64,000 nt of DNA from Antedon mediterranea. Its lineage: Eukaryota; Animalia; Echinodermata. Below are positions 13,171 through 27,219 of this stretch, piece after piece (position 1 is the stretch's first letter; every line of letters begins with the position of its first letter). The translations under genes and the position numbers were made by a program. Below the pieces are notes generated by a model that did no database searches, was not told where the DNA came from, and saw nothing but the letters and a program-made list of their open reading frames with translations. The DNA lies in contig NC_092675.1 in the NCBI RefSeq assembly GCF_964355755.1, positions 21,734,912 through 21,798,911 on the forward strand, written 5' to 3'.

Positions 13171-15136
13171 ACAAACAGATAAAAATAGGCATATCATAGA
13201 TTTAGAAAGCAATGTAGTTGTAAAATAGAACAAATATGGTATAATATTGTAGAGTGAAATAATAATGGTTTATAATATTTGATGGAAAGGTGACACTGTA
13301 TTACATAATCTGTTTATGCAATTTGACAAATTCTGTTCCGTAGAGATACAGTGCCAAACATTTTGCAAGGTACAGAAATTGTAATTATATTACTAGCAAA
13401 ATAATATTCAATTCATCTATTATTATGGTATTAACATTACTGTTTTCTGTTTTGTGTATGTTTTCTTTAACGAATGTCTTAATCATTTAAAGAAGTTGTC
13501 AGTGTGATGATTACGATGATGAGAGTGATTTCAAAATAAAAGCGTGTCTGTCACGATACGGAAATTATGACGACTCAATTGCATTCGTTATTGAAGAGTT
13601 ATCATTCGTATTCTGTACATACACACATTATTTTACTAATTGTATACTTGAATATCTCTTAGTATTTTATATTTAACTTTTTCATTATAAGCTAATGATG
13701 TGCTATTGGAGTGATTGTGCTTGAACATGGAGGAAGGAAGTACTTAGTTGAAGAAGTTGATTGGATAAAAGTTTGCAAGAGTAATGAATAGGGTTTCGGT
13801 TGTATAAAATCCAACGCTAATGTTTTAGTCGAGTAGGAGTTCACATTCCTGTTCTCAAACAAGGATTATGAATTACGCAGCAAACATAAATAGTCGTATT
13901 TCCATTTATGTCTTGTAATAGCCTAACTAGGGAAAGTAATTGTAATTTGTTTTTCTGTAATGACTAAACATATTAATCCAGCTTACTGCCTGGTAACTCA
14001 AAGTAATCCTATACATGATAATAAAATAAGAACACGTGTAACTAAAAACAATTCCACCGCAAAAAACTGACTATTATTCACCTGTTCGTGTTATTTAAAT
14101 TTTGAGATTGGTCAAGTGTATATAAATAAAAGGATTCTAATACAGGTTGACTAAGTTTAAGGTAGACAGAGCAAGGAAAATGAATACTTGCTGTAAGAAG
14201 GCCAAGAAGTAAGGTAAGCATTGAAATAGAAAAATAATTTCAATACAATACAATTGTTATGGTAACTACATGGTTAAGTACAATCATTTATTATTGGTAG
14301 TTCAAATAAAGAACATTTTTCTCAAATAATCTAATAGTTATAAAGCAAACAGGTCTCACTTCTGTATGTTTTCACGCTGCTGCTCTATCCCGCTACGTCC
14401 CATTAAGACTACTCAATCAGAAGCTAAAGCAAGCAGCAGTTATAGTTCTAAGGACGACAGTTTTGCAAAAATGGAAACTCCACTATAATTTATAGATTTC
14501 CCGCTGCTAGACCCAAAAACGTCTGGGAAAAGAGTCTATTAGGACATGTCATGCTAAAATTACAAATCCCCAAGCATTTCTGGTATTTATGAATCTGTAA
14601 TACTGATTTTTGACTGTAATTCACTGTCAGATATTCAGTGAATAATTATCGAAACAGTCCATTAAAGTTTGTGTTTGTAATATGATACTTCACACTTGAA
14701 ATATCTGAGGTGATGAAGTGACCCCCAGACTTTACCTTAGCAATAAATTAACTAAATTGACAGAAATTGAGTATTCACTCCTGTAACAAAAAATAATATT
14801 TATTTACATATAAAAAGAGAAAATAAAAAATTTAAGTATTAATTTGTTGCTTTAAATTACATTTTTTTTCAGGTAAAATAACTATTAGGCCTATGTGACA
14901 ATAAAATGACACATTCAAAAACATTTGAAATAAAAAATATTTTTCAATAAGCAAGCAGCGTTTTTTGTAAGTAATATTTCTTGTTAAACTTTGATCCTTT
15001 AGTGGTTTTTTGAATAAGTTTTGTTAGTTGCTGGGTGCTATCAATATATTGGATTACTAATATAATAAGATTTCATTGAGTTGATTTGAGATGTCACTTA
15101 AATTTATATGACCTTTGTATGCCTAATTACGTCTCG

Positions 15137-15249
15137 GTCTCCGAGAGTGTGTATAAAGAAGTAATTGATTATATTAAAAGTTCTGACTTTTCATCAAAGT
15201 CATACAACGTAAAAATATTTCTGATGTATTTATACAAAAGAAATTGTAA
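15137..15249 (+). pseudogene. HNMT-like exon 3 remnant (3' part only)
   Basis: VSESVYKEVIDYIKSSDFSSKSY, then an internal deletion, followed by the same 3' flank as copy 2. Confidence 0.85.
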
Positions 15250-17745
15250 ACCAGTTACTAATAATATTCTGGATTTAAAATCAATGACAGCAATAGATAA
15301 CAAACAATAATTACAGAATATTATAATAATACAGAAGTATGAGAATTGATATTTTGTTTTATGTAACATCTAAATAAATTCCTTACATTTGATTGGACGA
15401 TTGTGAGTCACATGGCGTGAAAAATATTATTTTTTTAATAATATTATTGAGTTGAGTTGCTGGGTATACTCTGCCAATTAAATGTATATAACCTTTTGTA
15501 TGCCTAATTACATCGATGTTCCAAAATAGATGGAGCTCTTTTTTCGGCAATCTAGCAAAAGTACAGGGGCCGGATTTATCAAACTTGCTCGTCTTAACTT
15601 TGCCTTAAATCCTTGATTTTGCTAAAGTCAGTGGAGGGGTGTATGCTTCGGAAGAGGGACCATATTCAACACTTTCAATTTCAATGGCACTTTGCCCTTT
15701 AAAGATGTAAATTGTCCCCCTGAAAATATTTGTTTTTAAATTTTGTTTGTTGAATATGCCATTTTAATGTTATATAATAATTATTGACTTCGACCAAGAA
15801 TTGAATCCGAAAAAAAATGTATTTACATGGAAAAACTGGAATTTAAAGCAAAAAATGGTCAAATTGGCTGCCAGTCAATAGATTTTTGGTTGAATTTAAC
15901 CATTTATCATGTTATTTTATAAGTGAAATCAAAGTTTAATCTAATAGTTATAAAGCAAACAGGTCTCACTTCTGTAGGTTTTCACGCTGCTGCTCTAGCC
16001 AGCTACGTCCCATTAGGATCAATCAGAAGCTAAAGCAAGCAGCAGTTATAGTTCTAAGGACGACAGTTTTGCGAAAATAGAAACTCCACTATAATTTATA
16101 GATTTCCAGCTGCTACTGTAGACCCAAAAAACGTCTGGGAAAAGAGTCTATTAGGATATGTCATGCTAAAATTACAAATCCCAAAGCATTTCTGGTATTT
16201 ATGACTTTTGACTGTAATTCTAGGGTGATGAAGTGACCTTGACCTTGACCTTAGCAATGAAATTTACTGAAGTGACAGAAATTGAGTATTACCTTCTGTC
16301 AAAAAAATAAATATTTATTCACATATAGGCCTAAAAAGAGAAAAGAAACCCAAAAACCATTGTCTGACAGACAATTTAAGTATTTGTAAATATGTATTTT
16401 GTAAAATAACTATTAGGTGACAATAAAATGACACATTCAAAAACATTTGAAATAAAAAATATTTTTCAATAAGCGAGCAGCGTTTTTTGTAAGAAATATT
16501 TCTTGTTAAACTTTGATCCTTTAGTGCTTTTCTGAATGAGTTTTGTTAGTTGCTGGGTGCTATCAATATATTGGATTACTAATATAATTTCATTGAGTTG
16601 ATTTGAGATGTACTCTGCCACTTAAATTTATATGACCTTTGTATGCCTAATTATATCTCGGTCGACGACCTACTCCGCTCCGTCCCCAAGATAGATGGAG
16701 CTCTCTTTTTTCGGCAATCTAGTTAAAGTACATGGGCCGGATTTATCTTACTTACTAGCAAAAAATCATGATTTTGCTAAAGTCAGATTTATTAATATAT
16801 AAAAAAAAAGTATTTGCTAATTGAGTGGTGATTGTTTCGGAAGAGGGACCATATTCAATACTTTCCATTGCAATACTACTTTGCCTTCAGCAAGTAATGA
16901 GTTCATGTTGTTGCACGTACTTCAATCAAAACTAGAATTATGATCTTTTTGTGATTGTTGATGATAAAGGATCACAAAATAAAATGAGATAAAAATTCTA
17001 CTTTTTTGTCATTCAGCTGGCCATTATGATGTTTCTATTATTTCAATCAATATTTCAATCCAATCCTTTTTGCTTTTGTATATAACTTCCGGTAACATTA
17101 TCAATACAACGTTTAGCTTGTCATCGCAAAAGCAAAAAGCATGGGATTGGATTTACAGCCGAAACGGTTGTTTCGAAATACAAATGTCGCAAGTTCTACA
17201 CACAGACAAACATCTAAAACGGAAATGTAGTTCATCGAATTCTAATAGCTTGGCTGTTTTATGTACCGTTTGTTTCATTCTCAGAAAGGATACGTACGTA
17301 TTTATTCCAATAAACGGCCGCTTTGAATTAACGCCTCCCTTGAATAAACGACGCCACCATAGAACATGCATCATTTGAAATAAACTCCCTCACTCGAATA
17401 AACGCCACAGAGCGCCCCTGAATAAATTCCCCCCTTAAATAAACGCAAAACTTGAAATATCACTACTTTAATTCGCGTAATGATGCGAACCGTGTGCAAG
17501 ACTGTCGTATGGCAATGTATGATCTGAAAGTATGTATGAAAATGAAGGGGAAATAGTGCATCAACAAATAGTAACGGCCTACAGACAATATTGATGTACT
17601 ATGTATTTTTGGCGGGTTTGGAATTCCATAATTAACGAAATGTGAAATACTCTGCCACGTAGACCAAGTTAATATTAATATCTAATAATAAATCACCAAA
17701 CTCACGGGATGTTTTTTTATAAGGATTCTCAGTGCAGTTCTAAAC

Positions 17746-17926
17746 ATGGCGGCTGTTGTGAATGATGCAGTTTACTATTTAGAAGGATTTAAGTTATTTT
17801 CATTGAAAATGGGAAGGTACAAGATTATGGAAGAATTGGCGAAGTCTGTGTTTGTGACATCAGTGATCGAAAAGATGGATACTAAAGATACGAATATACG
17901 AAGTTTGGGAATCGGAAGCTCTAAAG
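17746..17926 (+). CDS. HNMT-like copy 2, coding exon 1
   Basis: 181 nt, G|gt donor; exons of 181+324+359 nt give an intact 287 aa. Confidence 0.9.
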
Positions 17927-18032
17927 GTATAAATTACTGTAGATTTAAATAGAAAGGGAATTCCTACGTTTTGGATGTTTACTTATTTTTATATAAGAAA
18001 TAAAAGCATCGACTTTATCACATTTCATTTAG

Positions 18033-18356
18033 GTGACATTGAAAGTATCTTTACTAAACAATTGTCGAATCACTTTGGAAAACTTGAAAACACGGTTATT
18101 GAACCAGCTGAGGAAGCCATTGAGGAATACAAAAGACTAACCGCGAAGAACGACTGGAGCAACGTAGACTATTCTTGGTTTAATGGTACATTTCAGCAGT
18201 TTAAGGAACATCGTGAAAAAGAAGGAAATGCGACAAAATATCACCATATCAGCTCGATAGACACACTATATTATCTTAATAATCCAGCAGACGACATTCT
18301 AACTATGTATAATATGTTAGAAAATGGTGGGATTTTGATGATTATGATTGTTACTG
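18033..18356 (+). CDS. HNMT-like copy 2, exon 2
   Basis: tag|GT GAC ... ACT G|gtaag; 324 nt open. Confidence 0.9.
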
Positions 18357-18467
18357 GTAAGTTGCAATAGGCCTATTGATATTTGCTTTATTTGTTTTAT
18401 CAAATTTCTCAAAACATTTAGTAAGAAACTTTTTGTGTATTTGTAAAATGTTTTACTTTTCCTACAG

Positions 18468-18826
18468 ATGAAAATTCCTATTATAGAATAGGAAAACGTT
18501 TTAAGGGCATTATACCATTAACAACCGTTAATTGCAGTGACGTCCTGGCCGTATGTGAAGAAAGTCAATTTCAATTTGAACGTTACCACCACGAATGTAC
18601 TGCTGACATAACAGAATTCATATCATCTGATGATTACCCACGAGAAAAGAAAGTTACGATAGATTATTTAACGCAAACTGTAAATTTCAAGGAAAGTGTC
18701 TCAGAGTGTGTGTATAAAGAAGTAATTGATTATATTAAAAGTTCTGACTTTTCATCAAAATCATACGACGGAAAAATATTGCTGAGGAACGATTTTGATT
18801 TTGTATTGATAAAAAAGAAATTTTAA
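18468..18826 (+). CDS. HNMT-like copy 2, exon 3
   Basis: cag|AT GAA; open to TAA at 18824-18826. Confidence 0.9.
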
Positions 18827-19659
18827 ACCAGTTATTAATAATATTCTGGATTTAAGATCAATGATAGCAATTGATAAGAAACAATAATTACAGAATATAG
18901 TAATAATGCATAAGTATGAGAATTGATATTTTGGTTAATTTTATGTAACATCTAAATAAATTCCTTTTATTTGATTTAACGATTGTGGGTCGCATGACGT
19001 GAACAAAATATTTCAGCCGCCTAGATGAGTTCCAGTTGCCTTTCGAAGTTTGCCTTTCTAGCCTAGTACGTAGGCCTACGTGGAGGCCTGTTAGCATTGG
19101 CCTAGGCGCTTAGGCCTAGCTATGCCATAGCATTTCGGCCGTTTGTTGACATAATTAACACTATAACAGTAGATATGTTTATAAAATACAAATAAATAAA
19201 ATAATAATTATATTGCAAATAAATAAAATAATATAATAACAAAAAAACAACTAAATGTTTCTGTTTCAATGTGAGTCAAATGTAGTACTACCCGTTTTTT
19301 ATAAAACATGACACTGGAATCAATTTAGATGTTATTTAAAACAGATAATAATTATAATAATTTTTATGTGTGTAGGCCTATATGGTACAAATAATGGCAT
19401 TCGGTGAATGACGAAAGGTTATATTTCATCATTCACCTCGTGTCATTATTTGTACCATATACACACATAAACATTCATTATTTGTATAACATGCCCCATG
19501 GTTAAACGTGTTATATTCAAATTTAGGAATTAGTGGTACTGGTAGGCTTTTTGTACCTCTGATCACTGAAGTTCGTGCGTACGTGTGGTTAATGAAAGGA
19601 GGCGTCGTCACAATCCAACATCAGCTTTTAAATAATGTTTGGGTAGTACAGTGCTTAAT

Positions 19660-19818
19660 ATGGCGACTTTGGTAGATGATAAGGTTTCCTATGGACATAA
19701 GTTACATACATTGAAGTGAGAAAGTATAAGATTATGCAATAATTAGTAACAACGTGTGCGACATCAGTGATAGAAAGAATAAATACTAAAGATAAGAAGT
19801 TACAGAGTTGGGAAATTA
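19660..19818 (+). pseudogene. Decayed orphan HNMT-like exon 1
   Basis: ATGGCGACTTTGGTAGATGATAA start as in copy 3, then indels and stops; no exon 2 or 3 follows. Confidence 0.8.
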
Positions 19819-20967
19819 TAAACCATGTGTTTAATATCGTACCAATAGAAGTAAACGGGCAACCCATCACATCCAGTAGCTTTATTACATTTTATAATTA
19901 GTTAATAGCATTTCATATTGTTGTCGTACGGGAATAATTTATAGAATTCTACTGGCAACCCGCACCAAGAAGTTGTGCTTAATTGTGTAGACCGTGAGGT
20001 TCACATCCAGGCATTAATAAATGAGCGGGGTAAGAATATCAGTGCTGTAGGAGAATACACAAAGAAAAGTTTGCGCATGCACAATGCTACATAGCGGTAT
20101 GCTATAAATATAAACGTTTGCTAAATCTGATTGTGTTTAGTACTCACCATTCAAATGTTTAGTAGCATACACCAATGGGTAACAAAATAGTCCGTATACG
20201 TATTGATAGCCTTGTTTTACTCCAAAACACTTACCAAATTCAATATAAATTAGTTAATGTCGGGAGTGAAGAGGATGTATAAAAGGTACTTTTTAGGGGG
20301 AATCGCAACAATAAAGTGACTATAAACATCATATTATGGTTTATGCATTTTCATGTCAACATTGTCAAATCACAAATCACAGGAGAAAAATGAAAAACAT
20401 AAAAGAACTGTTGATCAGATCAATTTTATTTATTTATTCTGTCTTTATACTGAATGACACTTTCAGTGCTAAAGCATTGATTTCCAAAGTGGTTCAGTAG
20501 AGAATGCCAACAATATAATACAAGTAAATCAAAGATGATTTTGAAAATTATATACAGTACCTATTTAAACTATATTTGTAAATAATCTTTTTTTATTTAT
20601 TTATTTTATTATTTTATTCGGGTGTAAAACTTACAAGTTGCCACAAGGCTAAAAACTTGGCATTTTACAAAATTACTGTACAATTTACATAACAATAAAA
20701 AGGAATAATAAAAATTAAATAAAAGATACAAGAATATCGCTCTGTCGCTTTGGCTTTATGAACTATTGTTTAATCGGACGCATGACCTCTTAGTACTAAA
20801 ATACTATTAAATAGCATTAAAAACAATTCAACGTATGGTGTACATAGCCTAGAATTCGACGACTTTGTATGAATTCGTCGCACATTAAATTCTGATATGA
20901 TATCGCATCTTGTCAAGCGTACTCCACGTCCTGTTGTTAGACTGCCTTGGTTTAACAAGATCTAAAT

Positions 20968-22231
20968 ATGGCGACTTTGGTAGATGATAAAGTTTACTAT
21001 ATGGAAGGATTTAAGTTACATTCATTGAAAATGGGAAGATACAAAATTATGGAAGAATTGGCGAAATCTGTGTTTGTGACATCAGTGATCGAAAAGATGG
21101 ATACTAAAGATACGAATATACGAAATTTGGGAATCGGAAGTGGTAATGGTAGGTAGATTCAAATAGCAGATGAATTCATTGGCACATGATTACAAATGTG
21201 AATTAAATTTCTACAATTGTTAAAATTATTTTCTTTTTAGTTTTGGAATTTTTAAATAAAACTTTGTGTCATCAATTTAATAACTCGTAGACCTATACTA
21301 AGTAGGTACCAGCGAAACATGTGTGCAATCTCGATGTGTTTATCACATATTTCGATTATATTTCTATTACTGAACAAATTAAAGAAATAAAAGCATCATC
21401 TTTATCGTATTTTATTTAGGAGAAATTGAAAGTATATTTACCAAACAACTGTCTGATCATTTTGGAAAACTTGAAAACACGGTTATTGAACCAGCTGAGG
21501 AAGCCATTGAGGAATACAAAAGACTTACTGCAAAGAACAACTGGAGCAACGTAGAATATTCTTGGTTTAATGGTACATTTCAGTAGTTTAAGGAAAATCT
21601 TGAAAAAGAAGGAAATGCTACGAAATATCACCATATCAACTCTTTAGACTCTATCTATCATCTTAAAAATCCAGCAGACGATATTATATTTATGTACAAT
21701 ATGTTAGAAAATGGAGGGATGTTGATGATCCTGGTTGGTTCTGGTAAGTTGCAATATCGTTAGTAGCTCAATATATTTGTTGAGGAATCCAACCATGGAC
21801 CTAGATCCATGATCAAACGATGGACAAAAGTATGAGGAAGGGTTCATGCTAACCTAAAGCTCTTCTTTTTTTTCCACATAACAGCTGAAAATTCCTATTC
21901 TAAAATAGTAAAACGTTTTCCGGACATTGGTGCATTACAAACCATTAATTGCATTGACGTCCTGGCCGTCCTGGCCGTATGTCAAGAAAGTCAATTTCAA
22001 TTTGAACGTTACCACCACGAATGTACTACTGACATAACAGACTTCATTTCATCTGATGATCACCCACGAGAAAAGAAAGTTACGATCGATTATTTAATGC
22101 AAACTGTAGATTTCAAGGAAAGTGTCTCGGAGAGTTTGTATAACGAAGTAATTGATTATATTAAAAGTTTCGACGGACAAATATTGCTGATGAATGATTT
22201 TGATGTTATATTTATTCAAAAGAAATGTTAA
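20968..22231 (+). pseudogene. HNMT-like copy 3 (exons 20968-21148, 21420-21743, 21885-22231) with premature stop
   Basis: In-frame TAG at 21584-21586 where paralogs have CAG; splice sites intact. Confidence 0.85.
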
Positions 22232-22701
22232 ACCAATATCTTGGACCTATGAAAGCGATGTTGTCAAATAGATTTAAAATATATGTATATAATATTGTAT
22301 ACACAATATGCAAATAAAATATATACAATAAGGTACACTATCTACACAACCTTAGAAATGCCGTAAAATGTTGTCCCATTTAACTAATCTATATTATTGG
22401 TAAATAAATTCATTAAACCAACGTGCTGGTACTGCTTTGTAATAAATTGTTTAATAATTAATTTTATTAAAAATCTAATACATCTGTACATATGGCTGTG
22501 TACGTTATACCAAATGGATGAGCCTTTTGTGTACCATCATCGTCGTTCAATTTTATCAGTCCACATATTTTTAGAAAATCTACTGGTAACCATTTTTGTT
22601 ATGGTAGTGACGGACTGACAAACGGATGTATATAAGAAAATTAAATATATGAGTTTATATATATAAACAAATCAGGCAATATACTGAAATTTAATTAATT
22701 A

Positions 22702-23006
22702 ATTTGAAACGATAAAGATAAACACAGCAGACAAAGATATCACTTCGGAGATCCCGCCTCGTGAATAAAAATACTGGGCGTATCAATTTGATCTCTGTTG
22801 CGCGTGCGTACAACTGAGGACTAGTGCTGTTCCGCCGTACCACGCCGAGAATGTTAAAGAGTCGCTATCCAATCTAGTTTTAACAATACCATGAAAGCTT
22901 CAGTGGTCTAATGGTTAGGGCAACTGCATATCAAGCAGACGGTCCGAGTTCGAGTCTCGGTTGGGGCGACTTTTTCTCATTCTCGCAGATCTTTATCGTT
23001 TCAAAT
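22702..23006. mobile_element. Partly deleted copy of a tRNA-carrying foldback element
   Basis: Inverted ends ATTTGAAACGATAAAGAT / ATCTTTATCGTTTCAAAT; same insertion site as 59393-60326 in the duplicated block. Confidence 0.7.
22897..22968 (+). tRNA. tRNA-like sequence, anticodon position ATC (Asp), inside a repeat; likely pseudo-tRNA
   Basis: A box TGGTCTAATGG, B box GTTCGAGTC; stems CTGC/GCAG and CCGAG/CTCGG; TTTTT directly downstream. Confidence 0.6.
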
Positions 23007-24174
23007 GAGTTTATATATAGAATGTGTACTGCTTTACGTATTGTTATTGTGATTCGTTAACTTTTGTATCATGTATTATAACTATAATTTGTTTAATATT
23101 TTGTGGTCGAACCTCTTGTTGCGAGAGTGCTCTCAGTTTTAAAGGAGAGCAACCAATAATAGTATTATTCTAGTGTAGGTAATTACTAGAAACTTGCGAT
23201 AAAATATTATTAAAGTTTATTTCTGGACCTGTATTTTAATTTGGTTGGATTTGGTTTCTTTTAGTTGTATTTAAATATTATGTTCCAAATGTTTTTAATT
23301 TAACGATGCGTTATTACTGTTGACACAGACAAAATGCACGTAAAACTGAAACCTTTTGTTTGTGTTTCTTTGGAATTTACAATCAAACGATTATATGCTT
23401 GTCACGGTGTACGCTTCCATAGATCAGTGTAGCATCCAGGACACAAACAGATAGATAGTTTGTTTTGTTGGTTCTTGTATGGGGTTAGCGGGGACTGAGT
23501 ATAGCGAAAGCACATCTGTTAGTTTGTGTTTCTTTGGAATTTACAATCAAACGATTATAATGCATGTCATGGTGTACGCTTCCATAAATCAGTAGCAGGG
23601 ATTTTTTGGGTAATTAAAAACAAAATTAAACATGAAGTGTTCTTCTGCCAGAAAGCCAAGATAACAAATTAATGCTTGGGTGATACTCTCTCCAATACAA
23701 AACGTAGGTAGGAAGCACTCGTTTTATGTTCGTACTTTCGTAGGTCAAGAGAATATGAATTTAACCGTATTATAAAAGAAATTTATATTTTTGCTAATAG
23801 AAACGTGCCCTGATAACACATTAAATTCGGTTTCATTCCAGTCTCAATTATAGATAGCCGGCCCTAATAGTATGCTTCACTTACAATTAATGTTGTTAAA
23901 GAAGACGATGTGAACATTATACTATAGACAAATTAAGTTTAAGAAATACACCTGATAATTTTGGCCCAAATTGAAGACCGATACTTTCTTTTCTTTTTTT
24001 AATATATCGTATTTTTCTGAAAATCATTTATATCAATCTATTGGTTTATAGCTATGTGAAATTTAGGATGTTAAATTGGAAATTGTGGACGTTATCGTGC
24101 AAACATATTACTAGCACACCCTATACAGTATAGTTTCGTTTCACTATATAGTATAAAATAATACACGTGCTTAA

Positions 24175-25100
24175 TTAATGTATAACTTCTGTGTTAAGTA
24201 ATCCTTTTGCAATATCAGCAAATGTTGTGTGCATATCATCCAGACTAAAACTTGTAATGTTTCGACCGTAGAAACTATAATATAGTTTAATAGCATAGTT
24301 TAACTTATGGTTACAATGACCATGGAAAATGTTCTGGCATGCTTGCTCGGCAAAGTCTTTCAAATCATTGCGACGTAAACTATCTTTCTCAATATGAACG
24401 TACTCTTGATACTTAGTAGTCAATCTTAGTAATTCTGCAGATTCATCATAAACTTGTGGATCGTAGTTTGTAAATGTTTCCAGCCATTTTTTAACAAACG
24501 TTGAGTTTTTTTCAGAAAAAATAATTGAAGAACTAACGCCATAATCCTCTTTTCCAAGAGTTGTTGAATCATGAAAAAGTTGTTCCGCTGACTTTAGAAA
24601 GAGTACATCTGTATCAATATAAATTCCACCATGTTTTCTAAGAGCTTCTAATCTGACAAATATTGACTTATGACGTAAATCTGCAACGAGTTCACCATTT
24701 AATCTAATATCAGGATTCTCTAATATTACACGAATATTAGGCATTTTACGAACAGAGTCCCAGAACTGTCCACGGAAAAATGCTTTTCCTGCGTAGAGGT
24801 GGAAGTAGATGCGTCTTGGGGAAAGGTATTCCTGTAAGCTTAAGACGCTAAGGTAATGATGCAGTTTAAATTCCCCCTCTTTCATCCAGGTATAGTGTAC
24901 AATTCGTGGAACAACCGTACTGTCGATGCGTACATTTCGTTTGTAACTGCTTTTTCGCATTTTTTGTGTAGGTTTTCCATTATTTAAATTCAATCTCCGA
25001 CTGAAATTAGAATGTTTGTTATAAACAATATTAGCATTAGTAGAAAAACTAAACATATTCTTCTTAACCATCGTCTGGACCTTCTTTTCAGTATTCTCAT
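24175..25100 (-). CDS. GT32-family DXD glycosyltransferase (alpha-1,4-GlcNAc/Gal transferase-like), large catalytic terminal exon
   Basis: VPRIVHYTW, HYLSVLS, HKSIFVRLEALRKHGGIYIDTDV; likely acceptor ttgcag| at 25101-25103; the ORF track extends to 25173. Confidence 0.82.
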
Positions 25101-25908
25101 CTGCAAAGTAAGTTAAACACATAATCATTAATGTAATCATATCAATAAACAAATCCAGGCCGAAACGTCCCACTTTGTGGGCCGAAACGTCTCACTTTAG
25201 ACAAAATTTATATACATTTTGTTGCGGTATTTATTCATTTTTTAAAGGGTTTTAACTATCCATATTTTATTGATATTGGTTGTTGATATAATATACTCCC
25301 GTTACCGTACATTATGTATTAAACACAACAGATACAAACAAACATGGTTGTTTCTCTGTATTTCGATCATACCGTAAGGAACACGAACTTCGTACTTAAA
25401 AGAACAAAACATAGGCCTACCGTTATAACGAACGTGACAAACAGTTCCGTAGAAAGGCATAAACAATCCTTTTTAATGCTCTTCTGTTGATTTGCAGAAT
25501 GAAAATGTATTTAGATTTTAATATATCTTGAAGCTATTAGTGTTGTCCTGTACACAGTGAACATAGAAAATGGGAATTTATGGACTTTGAACGGCGCAGT
25601 ACTTTGTGTATAAGTCTATAGCTGTATTGAACACTAACACGACTTGTACTTATAAATAACTTACCTGACGGTGTATTTAATTAGAAACGTGGTTACAAAC
25701 AGGATATTTCCCAAAGGGCGTATACGTCTGCCTACATGTAGGCCTTTATGAGTAGATAAAGAACTAACATTTTCGAAAACAAGGAAAAAACCAAATTCTT
25801 TTTTTTAATGTAATTATTATTCGATATGTCATATATTTTGTTATAACTTCTTGTAGAGGTATACAGTAAGCAGTTATGTCAACAAATAAAAGAGTCCAAA
25901 CTATTCAA

Positions 25909-26017
25909 TTTTTAGTCGCGTGCAACGCAACTCTACAGCTCACTATGTCGGTCGGTTGGTTGGTCGGTTGGTCACTAACTTGGGTACGCGACTGCAGCCA
26001 TGTATATGGCCTTGTTT
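25909..26017 (+). mobile_element. Short HINE (non-autonomous Helentron, DINE-1-like)
   Basis: T-run, subTIR AGTCGCGT...ACGCGACT, GTCG/GTTG microsatellite, 3' hairpin GCCATGTATATGGC, then CTTGTTT. Confidence 0.75.
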
Positions 26018-26110
26018 AAACATAATCGATAACACTACCAATATATCGACATTGTATACAAAAAAAATCAAGATAAGATAAGTTAAAACTGCCTCAATAT
26101 AAGTTTATTT

Positions 26111-26147
26111 TTACGACATGTTTCGGGCATAGCCCATCATCAGGTGT
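26111..26147 (-). ncRNA. Minimal type I hammerhead ribozyme (Penelope-type) with intact core
   Basis: Minus strand CAC-CTGATGA-T-GGGC-TAT-GCCC-GAAA-CATG-TC-GTAA, followed by AATAAA; palindromic stem III ACATGT; stem I only 2 bp. Confidence 0.72.
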
Positions 26148-26256
26148 ATACACCCTCTTATAGAGGCATTTTAACCAGTTGTGTCATATATGCAGAAGCA
26201 CTACTTTTATACTTTGTAATGACAAACATTGTTTACTGCAGCCAAAATTACTAATA

Positions 26257-27219
26257 CTAGATGGTACGCTCGCCCCACAGATGGTTCTCGAATACACCGT
26301 AATTTCAGCGTAGCGAAACTGGCGATTTCAAATGTACGTACCGCAGGACTATAATACATTGTCGTTTACAGAAACGAATAAATAGACACGATGATTTATG
26401 TAGTGAACTAAAATTATCACCCTGGGAATACCTTCCGAAGGAAAAACTTATCACAAAATGAGTCCAAATTTTTTGATTTGGACTCATTTAAAGAAACCCA
26501 ATTTGTGTTTTGTATGTAACATTAGGGTTGAGGGATGGGAAAGCGGATATATTATATCTAACAGTACGAACATTCACAGTAAGAAATGTTCGATTCAAAT
26601 GAGGACCAAAAATAGTTAATAGGTATTTACAGTATTTTCAAAGTATTGCCAGTTTATTCTCAAAGGGCCCATATATTTACCTACCGTATATGTTAAACCA
26701 AGGGCTCATAAATTTACCTACTTGTGTTAAACCAAATTCTGGCAGACTGAGAGATTGGGATGTTCCATTCATCGCAAATCAATACATTTGTATAATCGTA
26801 TATATTAAATCTATCAATATAGTATTTTTTTAAGAAAATCGGCCAGTCTTCAACATTATGATGCTGTACTCTAGCTGTTCAACCAGTTTTCAGCTATTAA
26901 AAACAATTATCGTAGGAGGAGATAGGAAAATGCGAAGCCTCCTCGCATTTTTGTGGCGGGTATTTTTCAAGATGGACATCCATTAGACAGTGTATACCAC
27001 GATCGGAAAACACCCTATTTGGGGCAAATCGTTGAACCTAAATTCGTTTTAATCGTCAATAACTAATTATCTAACTTAATTTAATTAGTAAACAGTGTTA
27101 CATCAGGTGGTTAAAATCAGTACCGAAAGTACGAACCAACTTTATATACCATCGAGTAAAAATTCTAGAAGTAAGGCGCGATTTACCGAATTTTGCCCTT
27201 ACGTAAATTTATATATAGA
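26257..27219 (-). mobile_element. Non-autonomous Helitron, copy 1
   Basis: Minus strand a|TCTATATATAAA ... CTAG|t; both ends shared with 39585-41000. Confidence 0.8.

Noticed and set aside
22897-22968. Functional tRNA-Asp(ATC) gene
   Set aside because: Embedded in a repeat, A at loop position 32, and each copy has different lesions; kept only as tRNA-like
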